Below are positions 10,217 to 18,880 of a stretch of DNA of 45,787 bases, piece by piece (position 1 is the first letter of the stretch; each line of letters opens with the position of its first letter). Source of the stretch: Cellvibrionales bacterium UBA3090. GTDB lineage: Bacteria; Pseudomonadota; Gammaproteobacteria; Pseudomonadales; Porticoccaceae. The position numbers were made by a program, and so were the translations under genes. Under the pieces are notes generated by a model, which saw only the letters and a program-made list of their open reading frames with translations, had not been told where the DNA came from and did not search any database. The stretch spans positions 1 to 45,787 of the forward strand of contig DFBC01000112.1 of NCBI GenBank assembly GCA_002367235.1, read 5' to 3'.

Positions 10217-11673
10217 GTGTATCTATTGCTGCGCTAAGCCTGTTATATGACAAAGAGTCTGATGAGGCACTGACTGGGTCTGTCTACCGCCTGGATAAAA
10301 CCAAGGGGGGTAGTTATTTGTGTGACATTGTCGTTCCGATGTTTGATCAATCTAGGAATACCGACCACGTAAGGATCGGGGAATTAGACCACCTGGACGA
10401 AGGGAGCTATCTGTTGCAACTGATGCTGCCCAATGGCGATATGCATACTGAGACCTTTAACATAGCCAACGATGAAGATGACCCAAAGATCAGGGTGTAT
10501 ATTCCACACGATGGCCCACACGAGTGGACCAGCATGCACGCTATGGCTGGGTATTTTAAACATGCCAAACCGCCAGTGTTAAAAACCGCTTCACACCCGC
10601 AAACGGGTCAGCCTATTCGAATCACAATCCCCAGTCACAGCGATTTTAAGCTGTCGTTCGAAACCGGTTTACGTCCACAAACCACTCACCTCCCTCGAAT
10701 CGCTAGCCACAGCCAGCGCGATTTTCAGCTGTCCAATGTTGATTTCGAAATCCCGAGCGCGTCGACAAATTCGTCAGGCAAGAATATCGACCATATCAGC
10801 AACATCATTACAGAAGACCTCAGTGCAGCGACTGCCGAATTGCGATTGGGTGAAGCTAAAAAACTAGCGAATTCGACCTGCGAAGATGATCATTTGGTGT
10901 CCTACCGACTATGTCACTCCGGCGTACTAAACGAAATTGAACAATCAGAAGAGCAATATTTCCTTCAGGGCGATAGCTTAAAACGCAATTATCTATCCCT
11001 GATGTATACTTCGGGCGCGACGCTGATCTGCTTGCCAACGCCGTGGATGGTTCCGCATTACGAAGCCGATATTGATTTATTAATCGACCGGAACAGTGTC
11101 AGTGGCGACATTAATGTCTCATTAACTGTTGGCAATCCGATGATTAACTCGATTCTTGGTTATATTAATATGGGAGCCATTCATCAGGCGACCAAATTTA
11201 TTACTCTAGACCGCGCGCAAGCAATGTTATTTCAAAAAGTATCCTACCCATTTACTGCCACTTTGGGCGGCTATCTTTTAGTGCTTGGTCTAAATTCGGA
11301 AAAATATCAATCGGACTCTGAAAGCTGGAAGCAGTGGATTCACAATTTATATAACTGGTTTGAATGGCTGCCAGATGGCGCCATTTTGTACTCGGCGTTA
11401 CATTTCTTACTACGCGATAAAAATGTGAGTGATGCAAAAGGGGCGTTATTGAAAGCTTATGATAGGGGCCTGCCATTTTTTACTTTTGGCTTAAAGCTAA
11501 TGATGGATGGTATGCGTTATTTCGCAAGAGAAGGAGACATCGAGTGCGAAAATCGTTTGCAGCATTTGCAGACCATCGCCAAGCGAACTGATCCTTCCCA
11601 GCCTTTTTTGTCCATTCAATATTCCCAGTTCAATACAGCTGAAGAATCGGAACCCCATGAGCAAACTCTTTGA
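10213..11673 (+). CDS. Hypothetical protein, caspase-associated (486 aa)
   Basis: Long ORF coupled to the caspase gene by an ATGA overlap and overlapping the MBL gene; no family recognised. Confidence 0.8.
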   Translation: MSVSIAALSLLYDKESDEALTGSVYRLDKTKGGSYLCDIVVPMFDQSRNTDHVRIGELDHLDEGSYLLQLMLPNGDMHTETFNIANDEDDPKIRVYIPHDGPHEWTSMHAMAGYFKHAKPPVLKTASHPQTGQPIRITIPSHSDFKLSFETGLRPQTTHLPRIASHSQRDFQLSNVDFEIPSASTNSSGKNIDHISNIITEDLSAATAELRLGEAKKLANSTCEDDHLVSYRLCHSGVLNEIEQSEEQYFLQGDSLKRNYLSLMYTSGATLICLPTPWMVPHYEADIDLLIDRNSVSGDINVSLTVGNPMINSILGYINMGAIHQATKFITLDRAQAMLFQKVSYPFTATLGGYLLVLGLNSEKYQSDSESWKQWIHNLYNWFEWLPDGAILYSALHFLLRDKNVSDAKGALLKAYDRGLPFFTFGLKLMMDGMRYFAREGDIECENRLQHLQTIAKRTDPSQPFLSIQYSQFNTAEESEPHEQTL

Positions 11674-12757
11674 AATCACCCTGTTTCCTGCAAAAGAGGG
11701 TGACTGCATCTTAATCGGCTATGGCGACGATGATAAAAAGTACATATTAATTGATGCGGGAAGAGCTTGGACTTATAGTCATGCGCTCAAAGAGTATTTG
11801 CGGGAATCAAACATTGATACGCTGGAATTAGTGGTGGTCACGCATGTGGACCGCGATCATATCGATGGAATGCAGAAGTTTGCGGAGGACCGGGATCTCA
11901 CTATCCATGTAAAGGACTTCTGGTTTAATACCTGGGAGCACCTGCATGGAAATGCCATTGAAGTGCCGGCAAACGATGAAGATATGGAAGAGTTTGGCGC
12001 AAAAATGGGGGAGAACCTCAGCACTCAAATTCTCAAAAATAACTGGCCATGGAACAAACAATTTAATGGTCGTCCGGTAGAAGTGGGAGATACTGGCGCT
12101 GCTAATGAGATACAACTGGGCGATTTAAAGCTGACCCTTATTTCTCCGGATCGCCAAAAATTAGATAAGATGACCAGCATCTGGGAAAAGGAATGTAAGA
12201 AAGCGGGGATAGTGCCCGGCTCCTCCGTAGAAGACTATGCGGTTAGTGACAATGATGATGAGGGAATGGGCGCATTGGATATTGATGAGTTAGCCGATAC
12301 TCCATTTGAAAAAGACGGCTCAGCTTCCAATGGCACAAGCATCGCCTTTATTCTCGAATACAATGGAAATAGAATACTTCTGTCCGGCGACGCGCACGCT
12401 GATCTACTGATCGACTGCCTCAAGCGATTGGGGGCAACAATTGATAACCCGCTGCAACTGGACGTATTTAAAGTGCCTCACCATGGCAGTAGCTACAACC
12501 TGTCGATTGAACTACTCGCGCTAATGGACTGTAAGCATTATCTAGTGTCCACTAACGGCAACTACTTTAAACATCCTGACGAGATCGCGATGGCGAGGCT
12601 TATTAAATACGGCACACCGGATTCCACCTTGCACTTCAATTACAGGTCCCAATTCACGACATTATGGGATTCTAATTCGTGGAAAAGCGACTATCAATAC
12701 AAAACGAATTATCCCGAAATTGATGCAGATGGGTACTTAATGTTGAGGATTGAATAG
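11657..12757 (+). CDS. MBL-fold metallo-hydrolase (ComEC/Rec2-like clade; candidate pro-nuclease)
   Basis: GDCILI, LIDAG, THVDRDHIDG (HxDxDH), N..SI, LLSGDA, KVPHHGS, HP motifs; ATG 11657 preferred over 11507. Confidence 0.9.
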   Translation: MSKLFEITLFPAKEGDCILIGYGDDDKKYILIDAGRAWTYSHALKEYLRESNIDTLELVVVTHVDRDHIDGMQKFAEDRDLTIHVKDFWFNTWEHLHGNAIEVPANDEDMEEFGAKMGENLSTQILKNNWPWNKQFNGRPVEVGDTGAANEIQLGDLKLTLISPDRQKLDKMTSIWEKECKKAGIVPGSSVEDYAVSDNDDEGMGALDIDELADTPFEKDGSASNGTSIAFILEYNGNRILLSGDAHADLLIDCLKRLGATIDNPLQLDVFKVPHHGSSYNLSIELLALMDCKHYLVSTNGNYFKHPDEIAMARLIKYGTPDSTLHFNYRSQFTTLWDSNSWKSDYQYKTNYPEIDADGYLMLRIE

Positions 12758-12763
12758 CGAGTG

Positions 12764-12786
12764 TCCGCTTGTAGCGCAGAGCTGCC
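12764..12786 (+). repeat. Right copy of degenerate 23-bp inverted motif flanking the cargo cassette
   Basis: TCCGCTTGTAGCGCAGAGCTGCC, an imperfect palindrome starting 7 nt after the MBL stop codon. Confidence 0.4.
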
Positions 12787-12997
12787 CTCGCATGAAACTA
12801 AGGAGAGGAAGTGCACTTATTGTATGAATCCGCCCTATTTGCGAACTCGAAAAAGCTCGTTATGAGAGTTTTTATCAGACACTATACCAAGTTTCAAACG
12901 ATCGGATTAGTTGAATGAGGTTCCCTAGAATCATTGCAGTTTGTTCGTTTAGACTTCAATCAAAGCAAGATTACTATCTTATTATCGTTAACCTCAG

Positions 12998-13780
12998 CTA
13001 TTTCACTACCCCACGGCATGCTGGAAAGGTTGCGCATCCCCAAACCTCACTTCCGGCGCTTTTACCCTTTCTGGCAGTTCTTAGCAGCATTGCATCACCG
13101 CACTTTGGGCACTTTGGGCACTGCGGTGTACTCGGCGGTGAGAGGGCCTTCTTCTGGCTCAGATGGCGGACATGTTGCCGGTTGGTGGTCAGCCCTTGTT
13201 GCAATCTCAGTTGCTCGATTTGAGCAGTCACAGCCTCCACATCGGCCTGGCTGAGCACCACCTCACATCTGGACTTGATATGACGAATGTAACCACCGGC
13301 ATAGGTAACATTGTCGGGCATGTCTGTCTTGAACGTGGAATCGCCGACAAACACCACCAGCGAGTGGATCGCTGTGGCAGGAATATCCAGCAGGACTTCA
13401 AGGGTTTTGATGTGTTTATAGTTCTGGTGCAGGGGGTTCTGAAACTTGTTGGTGTGCTTGTAGATTTTCTGCGTCCAGGTTCTCTGGTTGGCTGAGCCAA
13501 ATATCCAACCCTTCATGTTTTTGGTTTCGATCACGAATACGCCATAGCGCGACACAATGATGTGGTCGATCTGTGTGGTGCCATCGTCGGTTTGTAATGT
13601 CACATCTTTGATCAGGTGGTACTCGTCCTTTGGAAGAAACCGCCGTGCGGCCGTATTCACCAGAAACTCACCAGCGATCCCTTTGAACCAGGGCGATTTG
13701 AGAATACCAGCAAGTATGGCCAGTGGAATGAGATACCACAGTGCGTTAAAGACTTGTTGGATGATGGGGCTAAAGTCCAT
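12998..13780 (-). CDS. NERD nuclease-related domain protein with C-terminal topoisomerase-type C4 zinc finger
   Basis: N-terminal TM, KG..GE, TTQIDHIIVSRYGVFVIETKN.KG, NPL.QN..H; CPKC...WGC..FP.C. Confidence 0.92.
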   Translation of the reverse strand: MDFSPIIQQVFNALWYLIPLAILAGILKSPWFKGIAGEFLVNTAARRFLPKDEYHLIKDVTLQTDDGTTQIDHIIVSRYGVFVIETKNMKGWIFGSANQRTWTQKIYKHTNKFQNPLHQNYKHIKTLEVLLDIPATAIHSLVVFVGDSTFKTDMPDNVTYAGGYIRHIKSRCEVVLSQADVEAVTAQIEQLRLQQGLTTNRQHVRHLSQKKALSPPSTPQCPKCPKCGDAMLLRTARKGKSAGSEVWGCATFPACRGVVK

Positions 13781-13944
13781 TTCAGGAAGTATTCGACGTA
13801 GTCAATTGGCCCCCATTATAGAAACCTCACCACCGCTCGACCAGAAACCTCGACCAACGAAGTCTGAATAAACCGTTTTGCCAGAATCCCGAATCGAGCA
13901 GGATTGTCACCTCATCAACGCTATCTGGTTCTGGATGATCGTCA

Positions 13945-14382
13945 GTGAATGTCGCAAAGGCTTATTTCATTATCTCGATGGTTCTAACGGGCACGCAAAA
14001 TGCGCCGGCCTGGGCCAAAGAGGAAGCACCTGCGATTGAGGTATTTACCGCTTCGAAGCTCCAGGTCGTCAGCGCTACCGAAAATACAACCGTCTACGTG
14101 ATAGACTGCATTCACCAGCTACAGCAATCACTCTCCAAGGATTTACCCAGCGAACCAGAGAAAGCCAAACAGTTGGCTCTGCAACGCTTCCAACGGATGG
14201 ATGCCCACATCAGTGGTGAGCTGGAAAACACTGCCAAAGGACTGGCACAAGCCCTGCAGTATGGTATTGATCGCTACCCAGCCATCGTGTTCGATGGTCA
14301 GGCGGTGGTGTATGGAATAACCGATACCAAGGCGGCAACCCAAGTCTATCAGCAGTGGCAGGCAGAGGGCGCACGACAATGA
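13945..14382 (+). CDS. ICE protein, TIGR03757/DUF1525 type
   Basis: LS..LP..P..A, A..YGI.RYPAIVFD...VVYG motifs; position before traU-like gene. Confidence 0.87.
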   Translation: MNVAKAYFIISMVLTGTQNAPAWAKEEAPAIEVFTASKLQVVSATENTTVYVIDCIHQLQQSLSKDLPSEPEKAKQLALQRFQRMDAHISGELENTAKGLAQALQYGIDRYPAIVFDGQAVVYGITDTKAATQVYQQWQAEGARQ

Positions 14383-15401
14383 AGGTGGCCTTGTATCGCG
14401 GCTGGTTGATCTTGCTGCTGTGTACGCCATTGATTGGTAACACTGGCACCATCACCACCCCGGAAATTGTCGCACAGACGACCAGCGCGGCATTGAGTTG
14501 CATGCGCTGGATGCCGGTCGGCATCTGCTTTTGGTTGCGTTGTTCAATCTACGAATGCAGTGTCGAGACCTCTATAAAAGTTGGCCACTATCAACCCGAT
14601 GCAGTGGTCAGCAGCTACAACGAGCTGGGTGACAACCCCTGGCTGGAGATTCGCAGCACACTGGGGCTTGCACAAAAAACTGCTGCAAATGGCCTGTTAG
14701 GCAGCTTGATATCGGTTCCCATTGATAGTGCTGGGAATAGAACTGAAGGGGGACAGGGTAACCGCGATCACCGAAATCTGGTGTTTCGAGAAACAGATGT
14801 GATCGGTCACCCGCTAAGTTCGCTGTCAGGTGTTTTGGCGGGTACTGGCTACTTGTGCGAATCGGAAACGACTTCATTCTATCCGTACTTTTTGTCGGGT
14901 CTCGATGCGCTGTCCTGGCGTATGGAGATTCCGGAAATGTTCTATCCCGCCAGTCTGATTCCAGGTCTGAGGGAAATCGGCAGCTGGCCATTACAAACAT
15001 GGGGTGGGGCCTATCCCCGTACTGGCTGGACAACGCAGGCAGAAGAACCCAAAGCGGCCGCGATCAATGCGCAAAGGGCGGGCGATATCGTAACGCGAAC
15101 AGGGCAGCCGCATATATATGTGCCAATTTCTAGTTCCTCCGGCTCTGGCCAAAAAGTCTGGTTCCCCGGCCCGCTGGTTGAGGATGATCCGGATACCGGT
15201 GAGTGGCAGATGCTGCTCCCCAAAGCGGAATCCACCTGTGCTGTTTTCGGCACCAATGATTTGGCCAGTGTGAATGGTTGGGGTGGCGGGCGAGTAGATG
15301 CAGAAGGGGATTACGTCTGGAACCTGTGGCGACCCTACTCCTGTTGTGAGCGGGAAGGGTTATTCCTGTTCGACATTAACTGGATTAACTACCCACCATG
15401 A
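14379..15401 (+). CDS. traU: ICE protein, TIGR03756 type (TraU family)
   Basis: C..W...GICFWL.C....C, HY.PDAVVSSY, WG..YPR.G, WNLWRPYSCC; ATG 14379 overlaps upstream stop. Confidence 0.88.
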   Translation: MKVALYRGWLILLLCTPLIGNTGTITTPEIVAQTTSAALSCMRWMPVGICFWLRCSIYECSVETSIKVGHYQPDAVVSSYNELGDNPWLEIRSTLGLAQKTAANGLLGSLISVPIDSAGNRTEGGQGNRDHRNLVFRETDVIGHPLSSLSGVLAGTGYLCESETTSFYPYFLSGLDALSWRMEIPEMFYPASLIPGLREIGSWPLQTWGGAYPRTGWTTQAEEPKAAAINAQRAGDIVTRTGQPHIYVPISSSSGSGQKVWFPGPLVEDDPDTGEWQMLLPKAESTCAVFGTNDLASVNGWGGGRVDAEGDYVWNLWRPYSCCEREGLFLFDINWINYPP

Positions 15402-16738
15402 TCGAGAAATCCCGCATCACCGGCCTGATCGGCGCGGCTATTATTTTCTGTGCCGTCGATACCTACGCCGCACAAGCGCCAACCGAAGACGGTCTGTGGT
15501 ATTACGAAATCGGTGGTGCAGAACCGGTCTCGGTACCAGCCAATCCCTCCGTGGTTTCTGTGACTCTGGATGGTTCAGCGCAGTTAGGCTTGGGGTATAG
15601 CTGTGGCAAGTTTGATCCGGTGGCTGCGGTGACCAATACCTTGAACAACATTGGTACCGGCGTCGACAATATGATGAATGCCATGACGGCGGCCGCCACC
15701 GGTGCCATAGCGTCCTTGCCGGCCTTGATTTTGCAGCGTGCCAATCCGGGTCTCTATGACTTGTTTCAAAATGCCTTGCTCAAGGCGGAAGAAACCATGC
15801 AACTGGCCACTAAGTCTTGTGAGCAAATGGAGGCTGAAGTTGCGCAGGGTAAGAACCCTTATGCAGATTTGATTACCCTATCCAAAGGCAATGATTGGAA
15901 AGTGCAGATGGGTATTGGCGGCAATGATGCTGTCACCGCCAAAACTACGGTGGAGTCATCCAACGGAGATAACGGTGTGCCCTGGATTGGAGGTCAGGCC
16001 GGTGGTAGCGGCCAGCCCGTGTTGGAGTTTACCGGCGATATCGTCGAGGCTGGTTACAACATCAATATGAACCGGGCGATCACCGACACCAGCTCTGTTC
16101 CTGTGGCGTCGGCAACTCGGTTGTCTGAAATTTGGGTCTCGCCTGCTCAGGCCCGTGATTGGACAGTGGGTGTGGTGGGCGAAAACATTGTTACCACCTG
16201 TGACACTTGTCGTAAGGACAGTGTTCCGGGTACAGGCCTGTTGCCCAAGCTCAATCAAGAGTCAGCTGCCGTCACTACTGAAATCCAGAATCTTGTCAGT
16301 GGTGCTACGCCGCCAACCTTGGCGAATCTCGACCAGATCACCGCGCCTGGGGTGGCTATTACTCGGCAGCTGATTGAAGCTATCCGCGAGATGCCCGCCT
16401 CCGAGCAGGGTTTGATTATGGGTCGTCTCGTTGCTGAGATAAGCACTGCTCGCACCATTGAAAAAGCACTGTTTGCGCGCCGGTTGTTGCTATCGGGCAG
16501 ACAGGTACCCGAGGTTTATGCCACTGAAGTGGCGAGGGAACATGCAGATGTCTCCATTGCAGAACTCGATAAGGAAATTGAAAACCTGCTATTTGAAACC
16601 CGGGTGCGTAAGGAGGTGGTCTCTGACACGGTCGCACTACTCCTGAAGCGTTCAGCAGCAAAACGACAAAGTTCGCTCATAGTGCCCGAAGTACCCACTT
16701 TGGATCCCAATCCGCTGCGAGGTGGCCGTGTTCAGTAA
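15398..16738 (+). CDS. ICE protein, TIGR03755 (PFL_4711) type
   Basis: YYEIGG, SCGKFD, ASLPALILQRANPGLY, GVPWIGG..GG..Q, PGTGL.P motifs. Confidence 0.88.
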   Translation: MIEKSRITGLIGAAIIFCAVDTYAAQAPTEDGLWYYEIGGAEPVSVPANPSVVSVTLDGSAQLGLGYSCGKFDPVAAVTNTLNNIGTGVDNMMNAMTAAATGAIASLPALILQRANPGLYDLFQNALLKAEETMQLATKSCEQMEAEVAQGKNPYADLITLSKGNDWKVQMGIGGNDAVTAKTTVESSNGDNGVPWIGGQAGGSGQPVLEFTGDIVEAGYNINMNRAITDTSSVPVASATRLSEIWVSPAQARDWTVGVVGENIVTTCDTCRKDSVPGTGLLPKLNQESAAVTTEIQNLVSGATPPTLANLDQITAPGVAITRQLIEAIREMPASEQGLIMGRLVAEISTARTIEKALFARRLLLSGRQVPEVYATEVAREHADVSIAELDKEIENLLFETRVRKEVVSDTVALLLKRSAAKRQSSLIVPEVPTLDPNPLRGGRVQ

Positions 16739-17102
16739 TACTCGATCGAAAAGGAAAGGGTTCCTATGCTTGAGCCTGGTAACAGCGTTGCTAACCCTGT
16801 TAGCCGGATTCTTTCTGTGGAGCAGCGTTCAAACTCACTCGGTAATAAGCATCCGCGAGCACATCCTTCAGTGGCAGCCAGTTCTGTCTGGTATGAGATG
16901 GACATTGATCGGTGGATTGGCGTTCGCTTGGCCAGGCTTTTGCCTCTGGTTGGTCGAGTCAGACCGCATCAATATCGATAAGGCTCAACAATTAAAAGCG
17001 TGTCGTTGGCGCATCGTCGGATGGTTGATCGTGATCGAATTGATTCTGGGCCAAAGTCTACTCGTCAAGTTGACGGCCATCGTGGCGGGTAGAAACGGAT
17101 GA
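16722..17102 (+). CDS. ICE membrane protein (hypothetical)
   Basis: Three hydrophobic segments; overlaps both neighbours; position before traG. Confidence 0.75.
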   Translation: MAVFSNTRSKRKGFLCLSLVTALLTLLAGFFLWSSVQTHSVISIREHILQWQPVLSGMRWTLIGGLAFAWPGFCLWLVESDRINIDKAQQLKACRWRIVGWLIVIELILGQSLLVKLTAIVAGRNG

Positions 17103-18664
17103 GTGTCGACGGTTATCTCGAACTCTTTACTACCCTGTTTGGCTGGACGTTCTACGGCATCCTGTGGGATGTATTAGTGGGTACCGGTATTGTCTATTTG
17201 CCGTTTTTCGGGATCTTGATTGATAACTGGCGAGAGCCTGCACAAGGCGGTGAGGTGGGTCACGCGAGTGGCCTATCGTTACGGCGCATGGAAATCGACA
17301 TGTTCATGGCACTGCTGGTTGTTGTGCTAGCAGGCCAACCGGCGGCTTTGACGCCGTTGAATGCAGGCACTCTATCCTATGAGCCTCCGCCCACATTGCT
17401 GAATGCAACACCACCAACGGCGACAATCGCATCGCCCCAAAGCACCTACGGTTCAACAGGTTTTACAGGAACACCTGCTATCGTCAATGTCCCGGCCTGG
17501 TGGCATGCCGTTATGGCGATGAGTTCCGGTTTTGGTCATGCGGTGGTTGAAGGTTTGCCGACAACATCCGATATGCGTACCTTTGAGCAGCAGGCTCGGC
17601 TGGCCACCATTGCAGACCCACGCTTACGACAGGAAGTCAGCGATTTTTTCAGTCAGTGTTATATTCCCGCACGGTCAAAATATCAGGCAGAAAGGCCAGC
17701 CATTGTAGGGGTCACAGCACTGCTGACAAGCTATGGCACAGATGATCCTGACTGGATGGGCTCTCATGTCTACCGAGACACACCAGGCTATTACGATACT
17801 TTACGCCCGGCCAATCAAATCACTGGCTGGGCCTACAATGCGACAAGAGATACCGAATACAACCCAGCCACGCCACCACCCTGGGGTAAACCTTACTGCA
17901 AACAGTGGTGGCAAGACGCCGCCATCGGATTGCGAGAAAAGCTAATCACCGAGGCCGACGCAACTTCGACGGGGTTTTCCGGCTTAGTGGTAGCGGTTGC
18001 CCCGGCACTGGCTAGCGAGCAACAAAATGATGCGGTAGTAAAAACCGTGCTGAGTAATGCACCGCCATCGTGGTCAAACAATGATTTAACCGCGCACAAC
18101 GCCAGTAGTTCTGGCCTGATAAATGCCGCCGGAAATATTCTCAAAGGAGGCCTTACAACAGCTGGAGTGGTGAGTGCATCAGCTCTGTTCTCCGTCACCA
18201 TGACCGCTGTATTGCAAGCATTGCCTATGGTGCAGGCTGTTATGTTGTTGGGGGTTTATGCACTGCTACCGATGGTAGTGGTGTTATCGCGCTATTCAAT
18301 TGCCATAATGGTGGTAGGGGCGATGGCGATCTTTACCATCAAATTCTGGAGTGTGCTCTGGTACCTGGCCATGTGGGTAGATCAGAACCTGATTCTTTCT
18401 ATGTACCCCGATGTAAATGTATTCCTGCAGATGTTTGCCAACCCTGGTGAGCACGACGCCAAGCGAATGTTGCTGAATATGATCACAACCAGTCTCTACT
18501 TGGGTCTACCATTATTGTGGAGTGGGATGATGGCTTGGGCGGGGGTTAATGTCGGAAGATCTATTACAGCTGCAACTGCGCCGATGGCCCGACCAGCCGA
18601 TGATGCAGGAAAGCAGGGTGGAAGTGTGGGTAAAATGGCAGTTTCAAAAGGGATGAAGAAATAA
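17099..18664 (+). CDS. traG: Conjugal transfer protein, TraG N-terminal domain
   Basis: YLELFTTLFGW...ILWD, VPAWW, F...CY.PAR, C..WW, ALPMVQA, several TMs. Confidence 0.92.
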   Translation: MSVDGYLELFTTLFGWTFYGILWDVLVGTGIVYLPFFGILIDNWREPAQGGEVGHASGLSLRRMEIDMFMALLVVVLAGQPAALTPLNAGTLSYEPPPTLLNATPPTATIASPQSTYGSTGFTGTPAIVNVPAWWHAVMAMSSGFGHAVVEGLPTTSDMRTFEQQARLATIADPRLRQEVSDFFSQCYIPARSKYQAERPAIVGVTALLTSYGTDDPDWMGSHVYRDTPGYYDTLRPANQITGWAYNATRDTEYNPATPPPWGKPYCKQWWQDAAIGLREKLITEADATSTGFSGLVVAVAPALASEQQNDAVVKTVLSNAPPSWSNNDLTAHNASSSGLINAAGNILKGGLTTAGVVSASALFSVTMTAVLQALPMVQAVMLLGVYALLPMVVVLSRYSIAIMVVGAMAIFTIKFWSVLWYLAMWVDQNLILSMYPDVNVFLQMFANPGEHDAKRMLLNMITTSLYLGLPLLWSGMMAWAGVNVGRSITAATAPMARPADDAGKQGGSVGKMAVSKGMKK

Positions 18665-18670
18665 TAATAG

Positions 18671-18880
18671 CTACATATCTTCCTCGTACCATCCGTTCGG
18701 ATCACTACCCGAATCCATTTCCCCTGTACGAAAGTTGTACTCGCCAAACAGGTCTGAGCCATCTGCCAGGGGGCGGTCTTCGGTTTCATCATCGTCAGTC
18801 CCGAAAAGTATCCCAACGACCGTAACCAGCAAAGTTACGCTGGCTTTGAGAAGATTGAAAAATCGAGAGGTGGTTTTCAT
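18671..18880 (-). CDS. Small membrane protein with acidic tail, convergent on traG (possible entry-exclusion factor)
   Basis: 69 aa, basic N-terminus, one hydrophobic helix, D/E-rich tail; GGAG 7 nt upstream of ATG. Confidence 0.7.
   Translation of the reverse strand: MKTTSRFFNLLKASVTLLVTVVGILFGTDDDETEDRPLADGSDLFGEYNFRTGEMDSGSDPNGWYEEDM

Larger units (their letters stand above)
102..18664 (+). mobile_element. PFGI-1/ICEclc-family ICE conjugation (GI-type T4SS) module; element boundaries not in window
   Basis: Gene order RAQPRD, three small membrane proteins, DUF2895-like, DUF3438-like, VirB10-like, lipoprotein, TraC ATPase, [cargo], DUF1525, TraU, PFL_4711-like, TraG_N matches this ICE family. 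Confidence 0.93.

Noticed and set aside
11657-12757. MBL gene as an antibiotic-resistance beta-lactamase or competence ComEC
   Set aside because: HxDxDH/PHHGS clade, no signal peptide and no membrane competence domain
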